From Pseudomonas phage D3: DNA of 40,000 nt. The DNA is taken from sequence record AF165214.2; one strand, written 5' to 3'. The translations under genes were made by a program, and so were the position numbers. Shown here piece after piece: positions 9,144 to 18,635 of this stretch (position 1 is its first letter; every line of letters begins with the position of its first letter). Under the pieces are notes generated by a model that worked only from the letters and a program-made list of their open reading frames with translations, did not search any database and was not told the DNA's origin.

Positions 9144-9630
9144 TACCGTTGAGTTCAGCATCACCGGTCTAGATTCACTGCTTGGCAAACTGGACTCGGT
9201 TACGGATGACGTGAAGCGGAGGGGCGGACGAGCCGCGTTACGTAAGGCCGCAATGATCGTGGTTCAGGCAGCGAAGCAGGGTGCGGAGAAAGTCGACGAC
9301 CCAGGAACCGGCAGGAGCATTTCCGACAATATCGCGTTGCGCTGGAACGGTCGTCTGTTCAAACGCACGGGCGACTTAGGGTTCAGAATTGGCGTTCTGC
9401 ATGGTGCCGTTCTTCCCAAGAAAGGGGAGCGCTCGGACAAGACTGCGAATGCCCCGACGCCGCACTGGAGACTTCTTGAGTTCGGGACAGAAGACATGCG
9501 GGCTCAGCCTTTCATGCGAAGCGCTCTGGCAGACAACATCGCAGAAGTCACAAGCACTTTCGTATCTGAATACGAGAAAGGCATCGATAGGGCCATCAAG
9601 CGCGCAGCCAAGAAGGCTGCTCAGGGGTGA
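9136..9630 (+). CDS. HK97 gp10-like tail-completion protein
   Basis: MADTVEFSITGLDSLLGKLDSVTDDVKRRGGRAALRKAA...; internal ATG of the 9094 ORF. Confidence 0.85.
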   Translation: MADTVEFSITGLDSLLGKLDSVTDDVKRRGGRAALRKAAMIVVQAAKQGAEKVDDPGTGRSISDNIALRWNGRLFKRTGDLGFRIGVLHGAVLPKKGERSDKTANAPTPHWRLLEFGTEDMRAQPFMRSALADNIAEVTSTFVSEYEKGIDRAIKRAAKKAAQG

Positions 9631-9632
9631 GT

Positions 9633-9998
9633 ATGTACCCGCCAATCTTTAAGGTCTGTTCAAGTAGCCCCGCTGTTACCGCGATCCTTGGCGCGTCCCC
9701 GCTGAGGATGTACCAGTTTGGCCTGGCCCCCCAACTCGTCGTCAAACCGTATGCAACATGGCAGACCATATCGGGGTCGCCGGAGAACTACCTGTGGGGC
9801 CGCCCTGACGCCGATGGTTTCACCATCCAGGTGGACATTTTCTCAGCCACCGCTGCGGAGGCCAGAGATGCAGCAAAGGCCATCAGGGACGCAATTGAGC
9901 TTTCAGCTTATGTAGTCCGCTGGGGAGGGGAGTCTGTTGACCCTGATACCAAGACCTACCGAGTCAGCTTTGACGTCGACTGGATAGTCCAGCGATAG
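9633..9998 (+). CDS. DUF3168-like tail completion protein
   Basis: position and sequence YPPIFKVCSSSPAVTAILG...LWGRPDADGFTIQVDIFSATAAEARDAAKAIRDAI. Confidence 0.75.
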   Translation: MYPPIFKVCSSSPAVTAILGASPLRMYQFGLAPQLVVKPYATWQTISGSPENYLWGRPDADGFTIQVDIFSATAAEARDAAKAIRDAIELSAYVVRWGGESVDPDTKTYRVSFDVDWIVQR

Positions 9999-10015
9999 AC
10001 CAACCAATACCGACC

Positions 10016-10040
10016 AACCCGCCTTGAGCGGGTTTTTTTG
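10016..10040 (+). terminator. intrinsic terminator between DUF3168 gene and tail-tube gene
   Basis: AACCCGC-cttga-GCGGGTT followed by TTTTT. Confidence 0.75.
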
Positions 10041-10073
10041 TGCTTCAAGAAGCCCGCCACAGGGAGAAACACA

Positions 10074-10595
10074 ATGGCAATTTTGGCTCAAGGAACCCAG
10101 ATCTATGCCCTGGTTCCGTCCAGAGATTCTAGCGGCAGCCCGACTGGTGATTACGAAGTCATGGAGGTCGAGTGCGCTACCGCGTTCAACCCCGGTGGCA
10201 ACCCTGCCGACCAGATCGAAACCACATGCCTTAGCGAAACTGTTCGGCGCTACCTGCGCGGCCTGCGCACGCCGGGACAGGCGTCGCTGACCCTCAACGC
10301 TGACCCGCGCAACAGTTCCCATATCCGCCTCTACCAACTGTCCGAGTCCGACGACCAGATCGATCAGGACATCGCTTTCGCGGTTGGCTGGTCTGACGGT
10401 ATTGGCGTTGCACCAACCGAGGCACAGGACAGCAACGGTGATTGGGATTTCGTTCTTCCGCCGACGCGCACCTGGTTCGTCTTCCGCGGCTATGTGAGCG
10501 ACTTCCCGTTCGATTTTGCAGCCAACGCTGTGGTGACCTCTACCGCAACCATTCAGCGCTCCGGCGGTTCCGCCTGGATTCCCAAATCCGCTTAA
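10074..10595 (+). CDS. major tail (tube) protein
   Basis: [14 protein letters not shown]... 173 aa, position before G/T chaperones, GGAG ribosome site upstream. Confidence 0.8.
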   Translation: MAILAQGTQIYALVPSRDSSGSPTGDYEVMEVECATAFNPGGNPADQIETTCLSETVRRYLRGLRTPGQASLTLNADPRNSSHIRLYQLSESDDQIDQDIAFAVGWSDGIGVAPTEAQDSNGDWDFVLPPTRTWFVFRGYVSDFPFDFAANAVVTSTATIQRSGGSAWIPKSA

Positions 10596-10604
10596 GGAGT
10601 GGTC

Positions 10605-10964
10605 ATGCATCTGTCGATTGATTCGCTTAAAGAAGCTGGCGCCTTCACTGGGGCTCCTATCGAGAAAGAGATCACCTGGAAACAGGGCGATAAGGAACTG
10701 ACTGCAACCGTGTACGTCCGGCCCTTGTCGTACAGCACAGCTGTTTCTGACCTTCTGGCCATGAATGGCAAGGTGGATGGGGTAGCGGGTCGGATAGCCG
10801 CGTCAATCGTGGATGAAGAGGGTAAGCCGGTATTCACGCCGGCAGATATCACCGGCGAGGCCGATCCCGGTCGCGGCGCGCTGGATGGAAACCTGACCAT
10901 CGCCCTGCTCACCGTGATCGCCGAGGTGAACAACCTGGGAAAGACGACCAGCTCAGCGAACTAG
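10605..10964 (+). CDS. tail assembly chaperone G-like
   Basis: 119 aa; position between tail tube and T frame; ends just after slippery heptamer. Confidence 0.82.
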   Translation: MHLSIDSLKEAGAFTGAPIEKEITWKQGDKELTATVYVRPLSYSTAVSDLLAMNGKVDGVAGRIAASIVDEEGKPVFTPADITGEADPGRGALDGNLTIALLTVIAEVNNLGKTTSSAN

Positions 10965-11242
10965 ATGAGGTGTGGCATGAGCTGGTGATGTGCGGGATTG
11001 GCGGCAGAACCATCGCAGAAGCCAAGTCGCGTCTCACCTACCGGGAGTTCCTGAGCTGGTGCAAGTTCCGGAGCAAGCGCGGGAGTCTCCATATCGGCAT
11101 GAGGGTAGAGCGTGGATCGGCATTGCTCGCCGCGCTCTACGCCAATACGCACGGCAAGGAGTCGTACAAGTTGTACGACTTCATGCCGCATGAAGAAGAG
11201 CCCGTAATCAGTCTAGATCAGGCCCTCGAGACCTGGGCCTAG
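10605..11242 (+). CDS. G-T tail assembly chaperone, -1 programmed frameshift fusion (about 212 aa)
   Basis: G_GGA_AAG heptamer at 10937-10943 in zero frame; T frame open from 10943 to stop at 11242. Confidence 0.82.
10937..10986 (+). promoter_or_regulatory. programmed -1 ribosomal frameshift signal
   Basis: GGGAAAG heptamer plus perfect 9-bp stem ACCAGCTCA(10947-10955)/TGAGCTGGT(10978-10986). Confidence 0.8.
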
Positions 11243-11253
11243 TCTTTCGTTTT

Positions 11254-11276
11254 GCCCGGATCATTCCGGGCTTTTT
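11254..11276 (+). terminator. intrinsic terminator between T frame and tape measure gene
   Basis: GCCCGGA-tcat-TCCGGGC followed by TTTTT. Confidence 0.75.
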
Positions 11277-11291
11277 CATTGGAGCCCGGTA

Positions 11292-13796
11292 ATGGCATCA
11301 CGCAGCCTAGGGACGCTTACGCTTGATCTCATCGCCAAGGTTGGCGGCTTCGTGGCCGGCATGGATGCCGCCGAGCGCCGGTCGGAAAAGTGGCGCAAAG
11401 AGGTCGAGAAAAATGCGGCAAAGGTGGGGGCTGCGATTGGCGCTGCCACTGCGGCAGGCATCACCGCGCTTGCCGCTCTCACTGTCTCTACCGTCCGCAA
11501 TGCCAATGAAATCGCAAACCTTGCTAGCGTTGCCAATGCGAGCACGACCGAGTTTCAGAAGTATGCGGCTGGCGCAAAGCTGGTTGGCATTGAGCAAGAG
11601 AAGCTTGCTGACATCTTCAAGGACGTTAACGACAAGGTAGGCGACTTCCTCAATACCGGCGGTGGCGCGCTTGCCGATTTCTTCGAGAACGTAGCGCCTA
11701 AAGTTGGCGTGACCGCAGACCAGTTCCGGAATCTGAGCGGCCCCCAGGCCCTTGGCTTGTACGTCTCGAGCCTGGAAAAGGCCAAGGTCAGCCAGTCGGA
11801 CATGACCTTCTATCTTGAGGCTATTGCGAGCGATGCGACTGCGCTGCTCCCGCTGCTTCGCAATAACGCTGAAGGATTCAAGACCTTTGGTGACGCCGCC
11901 CAGGCCGCTGGCGCGATTCTCGACGAGAAGACGATTAAGTCGGCTAGCGAACTTCAGGCGGCCACTTGGCTTGTAGAGCAGAGCACCACGGGACTCAAGA
12001 ACCAACTTACGTCTGCGCTGATTCCCGTGCTGAGCGACTTCGCCACGAAGCTACTCGATGTTTCAAAGGATGGGACATCGATGGTCGCCGTTGGGGAGTT
12101 TCTTGTCACCACGCTGAAGCTCGTTGCCGGAGCGGCGGTAGCCACTGTTGGAGCCTTCCAGCTTGTAGGCAAGTCGATTGCCGGTGCTGCGGCAGTAGCC
12201 TCTTCTGCGTTTGAGGGGATTACATGGCTTGAGATCGCCTCCGGGCCGGCTGGGTGGGCAAAGAGATTCGTTCAGAATCTGGACGGAGTGAAAGCAAGCA
12301 CTTCGGTTTTCGCCGAAGACATGGTCGGCTCCGGCAAGAAGATCGTCGAAGTTCTGGAGTTCATTGGTAACGCCGGCACTGGTGACGTTAATGGCCGAGT
12401 GAAAGAGCTAGCCAAGCTCCTCGATGAGCTTAGGAAAAAGAACAAGACCGGGACGTTCGAGGCGCCGGGGAAAGAAGCCCAAGCTGCTGCTAAGAAGCTG
12501 CAAAGCGCCTACGAAACGGTTGAGCAGTCGTATCAGCGGCAGATAGCGCTGATCAACACGGAAGTCGACAAGCGCAAGGATGCCACCGAGGTGGCAAAGC
12601 TTCAGTTCGAAATCGAGTCGGGCAAGCTGGTTGGAATCAATGCCGAGCAGCAGAAACGCCTGAATGGCTTGGCAGAAGAGCTTGACCGCCTGAAGCAACT
12701 GAAGCAGGCGAACGAGGATGCAGCGAAGGCTCAGGCCTTCCGTGCAACGCTCAATGAATCGAACGCAACTGCTCGGGCAGGATTTGCGATTGATCTGGCC
12801 GGATCGGGCAGCGGCGACAAGCTGAGGGAGCGACTGCGCGCAGACCTGGAGATCCAGCAGGATTACAACAAACAGCTTGCCGATCTACAGAAGCAGTTCA
12901 ACAGCGCAGAAATCAGCAAGGAACTCTACGACCAAGAAACTGACCTTCTGCGCCAGGCTCTCGCTGAGCGTCTGGAAATCCAGCATGAGTACTACGCGGC
13001 TCAGGATGAGGCTCAGAGCAACTGGCTGGATGGCGTCACGTCTGCCTGGGAGAACTACCGCGACACGGCCACGGATTATCAACAGCAGGCTGCCGATTTC
13101 ACCACGCAGACGCTGGACGGTCTCACTTCCGCTGTAGGGGACGGCATTGCGTCGATGATCATGGACGGCGAGAGTCTTGCCGACGTTTTCAAGAACATTG
13201 CGCAGACGATGGCCACAAGCATCATCAACGCGCTTGCGCAGATGGCCGCCCAATGGCTGGTCTATCAGGCGGTGCAACTGGTGAGCGGGAAAGCTGCCCA
13301 GGCTAGTGCCGCCTCTACTCTCATCGCGAACGCACAAGCAACTGCCTTCCAGGCCCAGCTGGCGGCATTTGCGAGCACCGCTGCAATCCCAATCGTAGGC
13401 CCGCTGTTGGCCCCGGCGGCGGCTGCTTCGGCTGCCGGCATCACCGCTCCAATGGTTGCCGGAGTTGCTGCGTCCGCCCTTGCTGGCATGGCTCACGATG
13501 GGATTGATGCTGTTCCGGAGACCGGCACCTGGTTACTCCAGAAGGGCGAGAGGGTGACGACGGCAGAGACGAGCGCAAAGCTCGACAGGACGCTTGATGA
13601 CGTTCGGTCAAACCAGGGACAGAGCGGGAATACCACCGTCAACATCGTGGAGAACAAAGCCCGTGCAGGCCAGGTGGAGCGCCGGAGAGATGGGCGACAA
13701 GAGTTCCTGGAAGTGTTCGTGGCTGACATCAATGGCGACGGCCCGGCATCACGGGCGATTGCCCAGGCATTCGGAATTCGCAGGAGCGGGACATGA
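11292..13796 (+). CDS. tail tape measure protein
   Basis: 834 aa, long coiled-coil regions, Ala/Gly-rich hydrophobic C-terminal half, position after chaperones. Confidence 0.93.
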   Translation: MASRSLGTLTLDLIAKVGGFVAGMDAAERRSEKWRKEVEKNAAKVGAAIGAATAAGITALAALTVSTVRNANEIANLASVANASTTEFQKYAAGAKLVGIEQEKLADIFKDVNDKVGDFLNTGGGALADFFENVAPKVGVTADQFRNLSGPQALGLYVSSLEKAKVSQSDMTFYLEAIASDATALLPLLRNNAEGFKTFGDAAQAAGAILDEKTIKSASELQAATWLVEQSTTGLKNQLTSALIPVLSDFATKLLDVSKDGTSMVAVGEFLVTTLKLVAGAAVATVGAFQLVGKSIAGAAAVASSAFEGITWLEIASGPAGWAKRFVQNLDGVKASTSVFAEDMVGSGKKIVEVLEFIGNAGTGDVNGRVKELAKLLDELRKKNKTGTFEAPGKEAQAAAKKLQSAYETVEQSYQRQIALINTEVDKRKDATEVAKLQFEIESGKLVGINAEQQKRLNGLAEELDRLKQLKQANEDAAKAQAFRATLNESNATARAGFAIDLAGSGSGDKLRERLRADLEIQQDYNKQLADLQKQFNSAEISKELYDQETDLLRQALAERLEIQHEYYAAQDEAQSNWLDGVTSAWENYRDTATDYQQQAADFTTQTLDGLTSAVGDGIASMIMDGESLADVFKNIAQTMATSIINALAQMAAQWLVYQAVQLVSGKAAQASAASTLIANAQATAFQAQLAAFASTAAIPIVGPLLAPAAAASAAGITAPMVAGVAASALAGMAHDGIDAVPETGTWLLQKGERVTTAETSAKLDRTLDDVRSNQGQSGNTTVNIVENKARAGQVERRRDGRQEFLEVFVADINGDGPASRAIAQAFGIRRSGT

Positions 13797-14272
13797 AGCA
13801 GTACCCAAATATCTGCCCGCCTCAGCGGGAGGGCTATGGGCTTACTCCTGTTAGTCCTCTGACCCGCACAGAGATGCAAACAGGCAGGGCGAGGCAGCGG
13901 CGCCACTTCACCGCTACTCCAACGATGGCAAGTGTCAGGTGGAGGCTCAACGACAGTGAGGCAATGCTGTTTGAGGCATGGTTTCGTGATGTTCTAGTAG
14001 ATGGTTACCACTGGTTCGAATGCCCGCTAAAGACGCCGGAGACTCCTGATGGTTTGCGTGCGTATGCCGCCAGATTCACCGACATCTATGACGGTCCAAA
14101 GCTGGTCAGCGGCAGTATCTCGCTCTGGGATTTCACCGCCACACTGGAACTTCGTGAGCGACCCATCATCGATCCTGGGTGGGCCGAGATTCTGCCCGAG
14201 TACATTCTCCTCGCTGACATCTTCGACATCGCGATGAACAGGGAGTGGCCTCGACATGGCGACGGCTCTTGA
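13793..14272 (+). CDS. minor tail protein
   Basis: 159 aa directly after tape measure with ATGA overlap. Confidence 0.65.
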   Translation: MKQYPNICPPQREGYGLTPVSPLTRTEMQTGRARQRRHFTATPTMASVRWRLNDSEAMLFEAWFRDVLVDGYHWFECPLKTPETPDGLRAYAARFTDIYDGPKLVSGSISLWDFTATLELRERPIIDPGWAEILPEYILLADIFDIAMNREWPRHGDGS

Positions 14273-14747
14273 ACGGTTCTATGCATCGGATGGGCCGGAT
14301 CTTCCGATTGCAACGATCGAGATTACTCGGCCCTCCAGGCCCCATCCGATCTTCATCTGTCAGGGGTTCAAAGACCTGACCTGCATGACAGAAGACGGAC
14401 GGCTACTGACATTCATCGCTGGCGCTATCGACGTTTCGATCCCGAAGCGCGACAACAGCGGGAACCAGAACGTTGGCTTTGCGATCGATAACGTGACTGG
14501 CTTTGCTCAGCAGTATATTGCCGAGGCCATCGACGCCGGAGAGCCGGTCACGCTTGTCCTGCGAATCTACCTCGAAAGCGATCTGACTGCGCCGGCAGAG
14601 CGCCCGTATCGGATGCGCGTGAAGGGGGCTGACTTCGAAAGTCTCACTGTCCAGGTGGAGGCCGGCTACTACGACCTCATCAATACCGCCGCGCTGCGGC
14701 ACATCTACAACGTGTCGGAATTCCCTGGCCTGAAGTACTGGCCGTAG
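14256..14747 (+). CDS. DUF1833-like minor tail protein
   Basis: ALERFYASDGPDLPIATIEITRP...; position in tail module. Confidence 0.65.
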   Translation: MATALERFYASDGPDLPIATIEITRPSRPHPIFICQGFKDLTCMTEDGRLLTFIAGAIDVSIPKRDNSGNQNVGFAIDNVTGFAQQYIAEAIDAGEPVTLVLRIYLESDLTAPAERPYRMRVKGADFESLTVQVEAGYYDLINTAALRHIYNVSEFPGLKYWP

Positions 14748-14836
14748 TAGGATGCTGGTGTGGCTAGGGTCGCTCCCGAAAGCGCGTAACGCCTGCGCGT
14801 TGCCACATCTCAAAGGCGATAGCGCAAGGTGACGTT

Positions 14837-15208
14837 ATGCAGAGTTCGAACATTCCAAGGGAAGGATTCTATTGGCGCCAAAACAGGTCAACTGACAGGT
14901 GGGAGGTCGTGGAGTTTGACGGGGAGTCTTTCTGTCAGAGCCACGCGGGCGGTGGCGGGAATATTTTCTCGCCAGATGAGGTTGGCCAGGTCCTTGGGCC
15001 GCTGCACCCTCCTGCTGGATTAGCGGATGGATGCGCAAGGCAGGGTATGTTGAAGATTTCGATTGCTATCGACTACGGTGACGGTACAGGACGCGTAATT
15101 GAAGAAACCTGGATTCCTGATATTCCAGCTTCTGAGGCGTTGTCATCTGCCGCAGCATCAATCGTGGAGCGAGGAATCCAACGGTTTATTGATAGCGGGT
15201 TGGCTTGA
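14837..15208 (+). CDS. hypothetical accessory protein
   Basis: 123-aa ORF, ATG at 14837, not part of the canonical tail set. Confidence 0.5.
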   Translation: MQSSNIPREGFYWRQNRSTDRWEVVEFDGESFCQSHAGGGGNIFSPDEVGQVLGPLHPPAGLADGCARQGMLKISIAIDYGDGTGRVIEETWIPDIPASEALSSAAASIVERGIQRFIDSGLA

Positions 15209-15218
15209 GGAACTGACA

Positions 15219-15413
15219 ATGCAGAAAGAGCCTTTTTCTGATTCTTCTCAATATGATAACATTTCACAAATTCTGCATGGCATATCCCGCCAGAAAGCAC
15301 TCGACATGAAGTATGTCCTGACGACGCTTCAAGCGCGTCTTCGCGAGAATCGGCCAATCGATAACAGTGAAAGGCTGCTCCTTCTCAACTTGGTAAACGC
15401 CTCTTTGGTCTAA
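15219..15413 (+). CDS. hypothetical small accessory protein (64 aa)
   Basis: ATG at 15219 inside track ORF 15099..15413, GAGGAA ribosome-binding sequence upstream. Confidence 0.5.
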   Translation: MQKEPFSDSSQYDNISQILHGISRQKALDMKYVLTTLQARLRENRPIDNSERLLLLNLVNASLV

Positions 15414-15427
15414 GTCGGCCACTCCAA

Positions 15428-15452
15428 GAAACCCGCTTCGGCGGGTTTTTTA
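15428..15452 (+). terminator. intrinsic terminator
   Basis: ACCCGC-ttcg-GCGGGT followed by TTTTTATT. Confidence 0.8.
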
Positions 15453-15467
15453 TTGCCTGGAATTCCC

Positions 15468-15875
15468 ATGCCGAACAGATACCTCACCGCCATCTATACC
15501 GAGGGCGGGCGGGCCCTGCCGTGCATTGACTGCTGGGGCCTGACGCTCATAGCGCGGGTTGAGCTGTTCGGACTGCCGATGCTGAGCAACTTCGGCGGTG
15601 TGACTCGACTCACCCCAGTTTCGATGCAGCGGGCGTGCGATACGGAGATCCAGCGCGCGCTTGAGCAGTGCGAGCCAGGGCCTGGGGTCATCGCTGCGGC
15701 CTACAGAGGGCGGCTGCTCGATCACGTAGGCCTGCTGGTCGAGGTAGATGGACGCCTGCGGGTTCTCGAAATCAATCCGGGGAGCGGGGTGTCGCTCACC
15801 CCGCTACAGAAGTTCTCCGACAAATATTCCAAGGTGGTCTTCTACCGTGATCGAAATCTACCCATCGCTCCTTGA
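15468..15875 (+). CDS. NlpC/P60-like tail assembly cysteine peptidase
   Basis: PCIDCWGLTLIARVELFG and DHVGLLVEVDGRLRVLEI; position before J-like gene. Confidence 0.75.
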   Translation: MPNRYLTAIYTEGGRALPCIDCWGLTLIARVELFGLPMLSNFGGVTRLTPVSMQRACDTEIQRALEQCEPGPGVIAAAYRGRLLDHVGLLVEVDGRLRVLEINPGSGVSLTPLQKFSDKYSKVVFYRDRNLPIAP

Positions 15876-18576
15876 CGGAGAACCGCTGGAGCGGCATCCG
15901 ATCGGCCGCAGGATGACGATCCATGCGTGGCTGACTGCGAACTCTCCGGGATACTGCTGCCACGACGTTCACCCGTTCTCCATCGGAGTCGTCCCCGCCG
16001 AGGTTGCGCTCTGCGGTGACCTGACCGACAAGCAGAAAAAGACCCATGAGGAGTTCATCCATCCCGGTGAGTGGGCCGAGCGCATCATCGACCGCGGCGA
16101 CATTGTGAGGATCTACAAGCTCCCGCGCGGGACCGATCCGTTCACGATCACGGCAGCGCTGTTCAAAGGTGCGCAGTCCGTTTTTCGGATGCTCATGCCT
16201 CAATTGCCTGGCATGCCAACGAACCCTGGGCAAGGCGCGTCGCTGTCTGAAACCAGTGCGCGTGGAAACAAGGTCAAGCTCGGCGATGCGATCCGCGAAG
16301 TCGCTGGCCGTCGTCTGATTTATCCCGACTACATCCTGCCGCCCCGGAAGTATTTCGCCGGTCCGCGTGAGCAGTGGACCGAAATGCTGTTGTGCATTGG
16401 GCGTGGTCGATTCCAGATCGCCGAAGGTGCTGCGAAAATCGGTGACACGTCGTTCCTGGCACTGGGCGCTGATGCCTCTTTCCAGATTTTCGAACCAGGG
16501 CAGAACGTCAGCGGGCACCCGGCATCGGTCTGGTGGCACCTGGTTGAGGAAGTTGGTGCGAGCTCAACTGGTAATGCCGGCCTGGACCTGACCGAGAGCT
16601 CCAATCTCACCCCGAACCCGTCGGCAACTACTTTCAGCTTTTCCGGAACGAACATCATCATTTCTGCCGGAGCCGGGTCGTTCCCCTCTGACTGGGTTGC
16701 GGGGACGATCCTGCGGGTTGAGGCGATGTACCCCTATTCGGTGAACGATGGCGGCGGGACGAATCGCGACGTCGTGACGGGGGATATCGCTCAGCTCGGG
16801 CTGGATGTTGGCGATGAGATCGAGGTGGTCGGCACCAACGGCGGCCTCTACCTGGTGAACGACATCACCTCAACGTCGATGACGCTCAACTACAGCAACG
16901 GTTCGCCGGCCAATGCGTTGCAGACCGGCTCCGGAAATGCAGCAATCGGCCCGCGTGGGCTGCGCTATCGGATCACGGCGTACAGCGCGCAGCAACTCAC
17001 CGTCGAGCGGCTGACCAGTGCGGGTGGTGTCGATGTTGACTGGCCAGGATTCACCGCTCTCAACTCGTCTACGTCCCGAGTCACCATTGATCCGACCAGC
17101 CTAGAAGGGGGCTGGCGTGGTCCCTTCCCGGCGTGCCCTGTATCGGAGAAGACCAACTTCGTCGAGATCGACGTATTTTGCCCGGAAGGGCTTTGCGGTG
17201 TAGGCAGGGAAGGGCAGATTTACCAGATCCGCACTTATTACGACATCCAGTGGCGAGACATGGCCATCGGCGGCGCATGGACGACGGTCAGCAAGAACCA
17301 TGCTGGCAGTTCTCTCGACCAGCAGGGTTTTACGGACGGCATCCCGCTGCCGTACATGATGCGGCCCGAGTTTCGCATCAGAAAAGTGTTCGTCAACCAG
17401 GGCGGCAACTCAACATCCGAGTACCGAGACCGCACCCAGTGGTACGGGATGCGCGCGCGCCTCCAGGCTCCGTCGTCCTACGCCGGCGTCACAACAATGG
17501 CCGTCAGGTATCGGTCGTCTGACCGTATCGCGGCGCAGACAGAAAGCCGCGTCTCGGTAGAGGCTACCCGCATGCTACCGACTCGGCAGAACGGTGCATG
17601 GACACCCGAGATAGCAACGCGAGACATCGTCCCATTCCTCTGCTACATCGCGAAGGAACGCGGCTACACCGATGCGGATCTCGATCTTGAGGAACTCGAT
17701 CGGCTGGACGCAATCTGGAAGGCCCGCGGCGACACGTTCGACATGATCTACGAGGACGGCAAGGTAACTGTCGCGCAGATCATGGATGACGTGCTTGCGG
17801 CCGGATATGCGGAGAAGACCATTAAGCGCGGCGTGATCTCTGCGGCCCGAGACGAGCCAAGGACCACATTCGGGCACATGTACTCGCCGCAGAACATGGA
17901 TGGTCCACTGAGGATCAGCATCAGCGCGCCGTCTGAGGACGACTACGACGGCGTCGATGTAGAGTTCGTCAATGCCAACGGCTGGATCGAAGATACCGTC
18001 CAGTGCCGCCTGCCCGGCGATGTTGGCAGGAAGGTCGAGAAGATCACGGCTGTCGGCGTGACAGACCGTAACAGGGCGTGGCGATACGGAATGCGCCGCC
18101 GGATGGCTCAGCGATACCGGAGAACTGAGTATTCGTTCGATACCGGCCTAGACGCGCTGAACAGCGAGTTCTGGGATTATGTGGCCCTTGCCGGCGATGT
18201 TCCCGGCCCTGGCCTGGCGCAGAGCGCATACCTGAAATCGTTCGTGACCTCGGGAAACTCGGTCCTGATCGAGTCCAGCGAGCCGCTCGACTGGTCACTG
18301 CTGAACTCGCCAGCGCTCTACCTGCGGCGCCCAGACGGAACGGTTTCCGGTGGATATCCGGCGTCGAGGATCGACGACTACCGGCTGAGCATTCCCAGCA
18401 TCGATTTCGTCCCTGATGTTTCTTGGGAGATCGAACCTCCACACCTGCTGCTGGGAAACCCATACCCGGCCCTGATCAGTTCCATCGATCCCAGCGGCAA
18501 TACCGCGGCGTCCGTTCGCGCGACGAACTACGACGAGCGCGTCTACACATACGACAACGCCAGCGCCCCCAACTGA
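15847..18576 (+). CDS. J-like central tail / host attachment protein
   Basis: about 909 aa from GTG 15847; size and position; TIHAWLTANSPGYCCHDVHPFSIGVVPAEVALCGDL N-term. Confidence 0.8.
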   Translation: MIEIYPSLLDGEPLERHPIGRRMTIHAWLTANSPGYCCHDVHPFSIGVVPAEVALCGDLTDKQKKTHEEFIHPGEWAERIIDRGDIVRIYKLPRGTDPFTITAALFKGAQSVFRMLMPQLPGMPTNPGQGASLSETSARGNKVKLGDAIREVAGRRLIYPDYILPPRKYFAGPREQWTEMLLCIGRGRFQIAEGAAKIGDTSFLALGADASFQIFEPGQNVSGHPASVWWHLVEEVGASSTGNAGLDLTESSNLTPNPSATTFSFSGTNIIISAGAGSFPSDWVAGTILRVEAMYPYSVNDGGGTNRDVVTGDIAQLGLDVGDEIEVVGTNGGLYLVNDITSTSMTLNYSNGSPANALQTGSGNAAIGPRGLRYRITAYSAQQLTVERLTSAGGVDVDWPGFTALNSSTSRVTIDPTSLEGGWRGPFPACPVSEKTNFVEIDVFCPEGLCGVGREGQIYQIRTYYDIQWRDMAIGGAWTTVSKNHAGSSLDQQGFTDGIPLPYMMRPEFRIRKVFVNQGGNSTSEYRDRTQWYGMRARLQAPSSYAGVTTMAVRYRSSDRIAAQTESRVSVEATRMLPTRQNGAWTPEIATRDIVPFLCYIAKERGYTDADLDLEELDRLDAIWKARGDTFDMIYEDGKVTVAQIMDDVLAAGYAEKTIKRGVISAARDEPRTTFGHMYSPQNMDGPLRISISAPSEDDYDGVDVEFVNANGWIEDTVQCRLPGDVGRKVEKITAVGVTDRNRAWRYGMRRRMAQRYRRTEYSFDTGLDALNSEFWDYVALAGDVPGPGLAQSAYLKSFVTSGNSVLIESSEPLDWSLLNSPALYLRRPDGTVSGGYPASRIDDYRLSIPSIDFVPDVSWEIEPPHLLLGNPYPALISSIDPSGNTAASVRATNYDERVYTYDNASAPN

Positions 18577-18596
18577 TCGCACACGCAAATCCAGAT

Positions 18597-18620
18597 CCCG
18601 CCATAGAGCGGGCTTTCTTA
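18597..18620 (+). terminator. weak intrinsic-terminator-like hairpin between tip gene and tailspike gene
   Basis: CCCGC-catag a-GCGGG followed by CTTTCTT. Confidence 0.45.
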
Positions 18621-18635
18621 TGCTTGGAGAAAAGC

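Noticed and set aside
10970-11242. Independent start of the T ORF at GTG 10970
   Set aside because: The slippery heptamer in correct frame and open -1 frame from 10943 make a GT fusion more likely; no SD precedes the GTG.
14748-14836. Short AACGC/GCGTT inverted repeat in the gap before the accessory gene pair, checked as an integron-like or att site
   Set aside because: Does not fit attC core consensus and stem is short.
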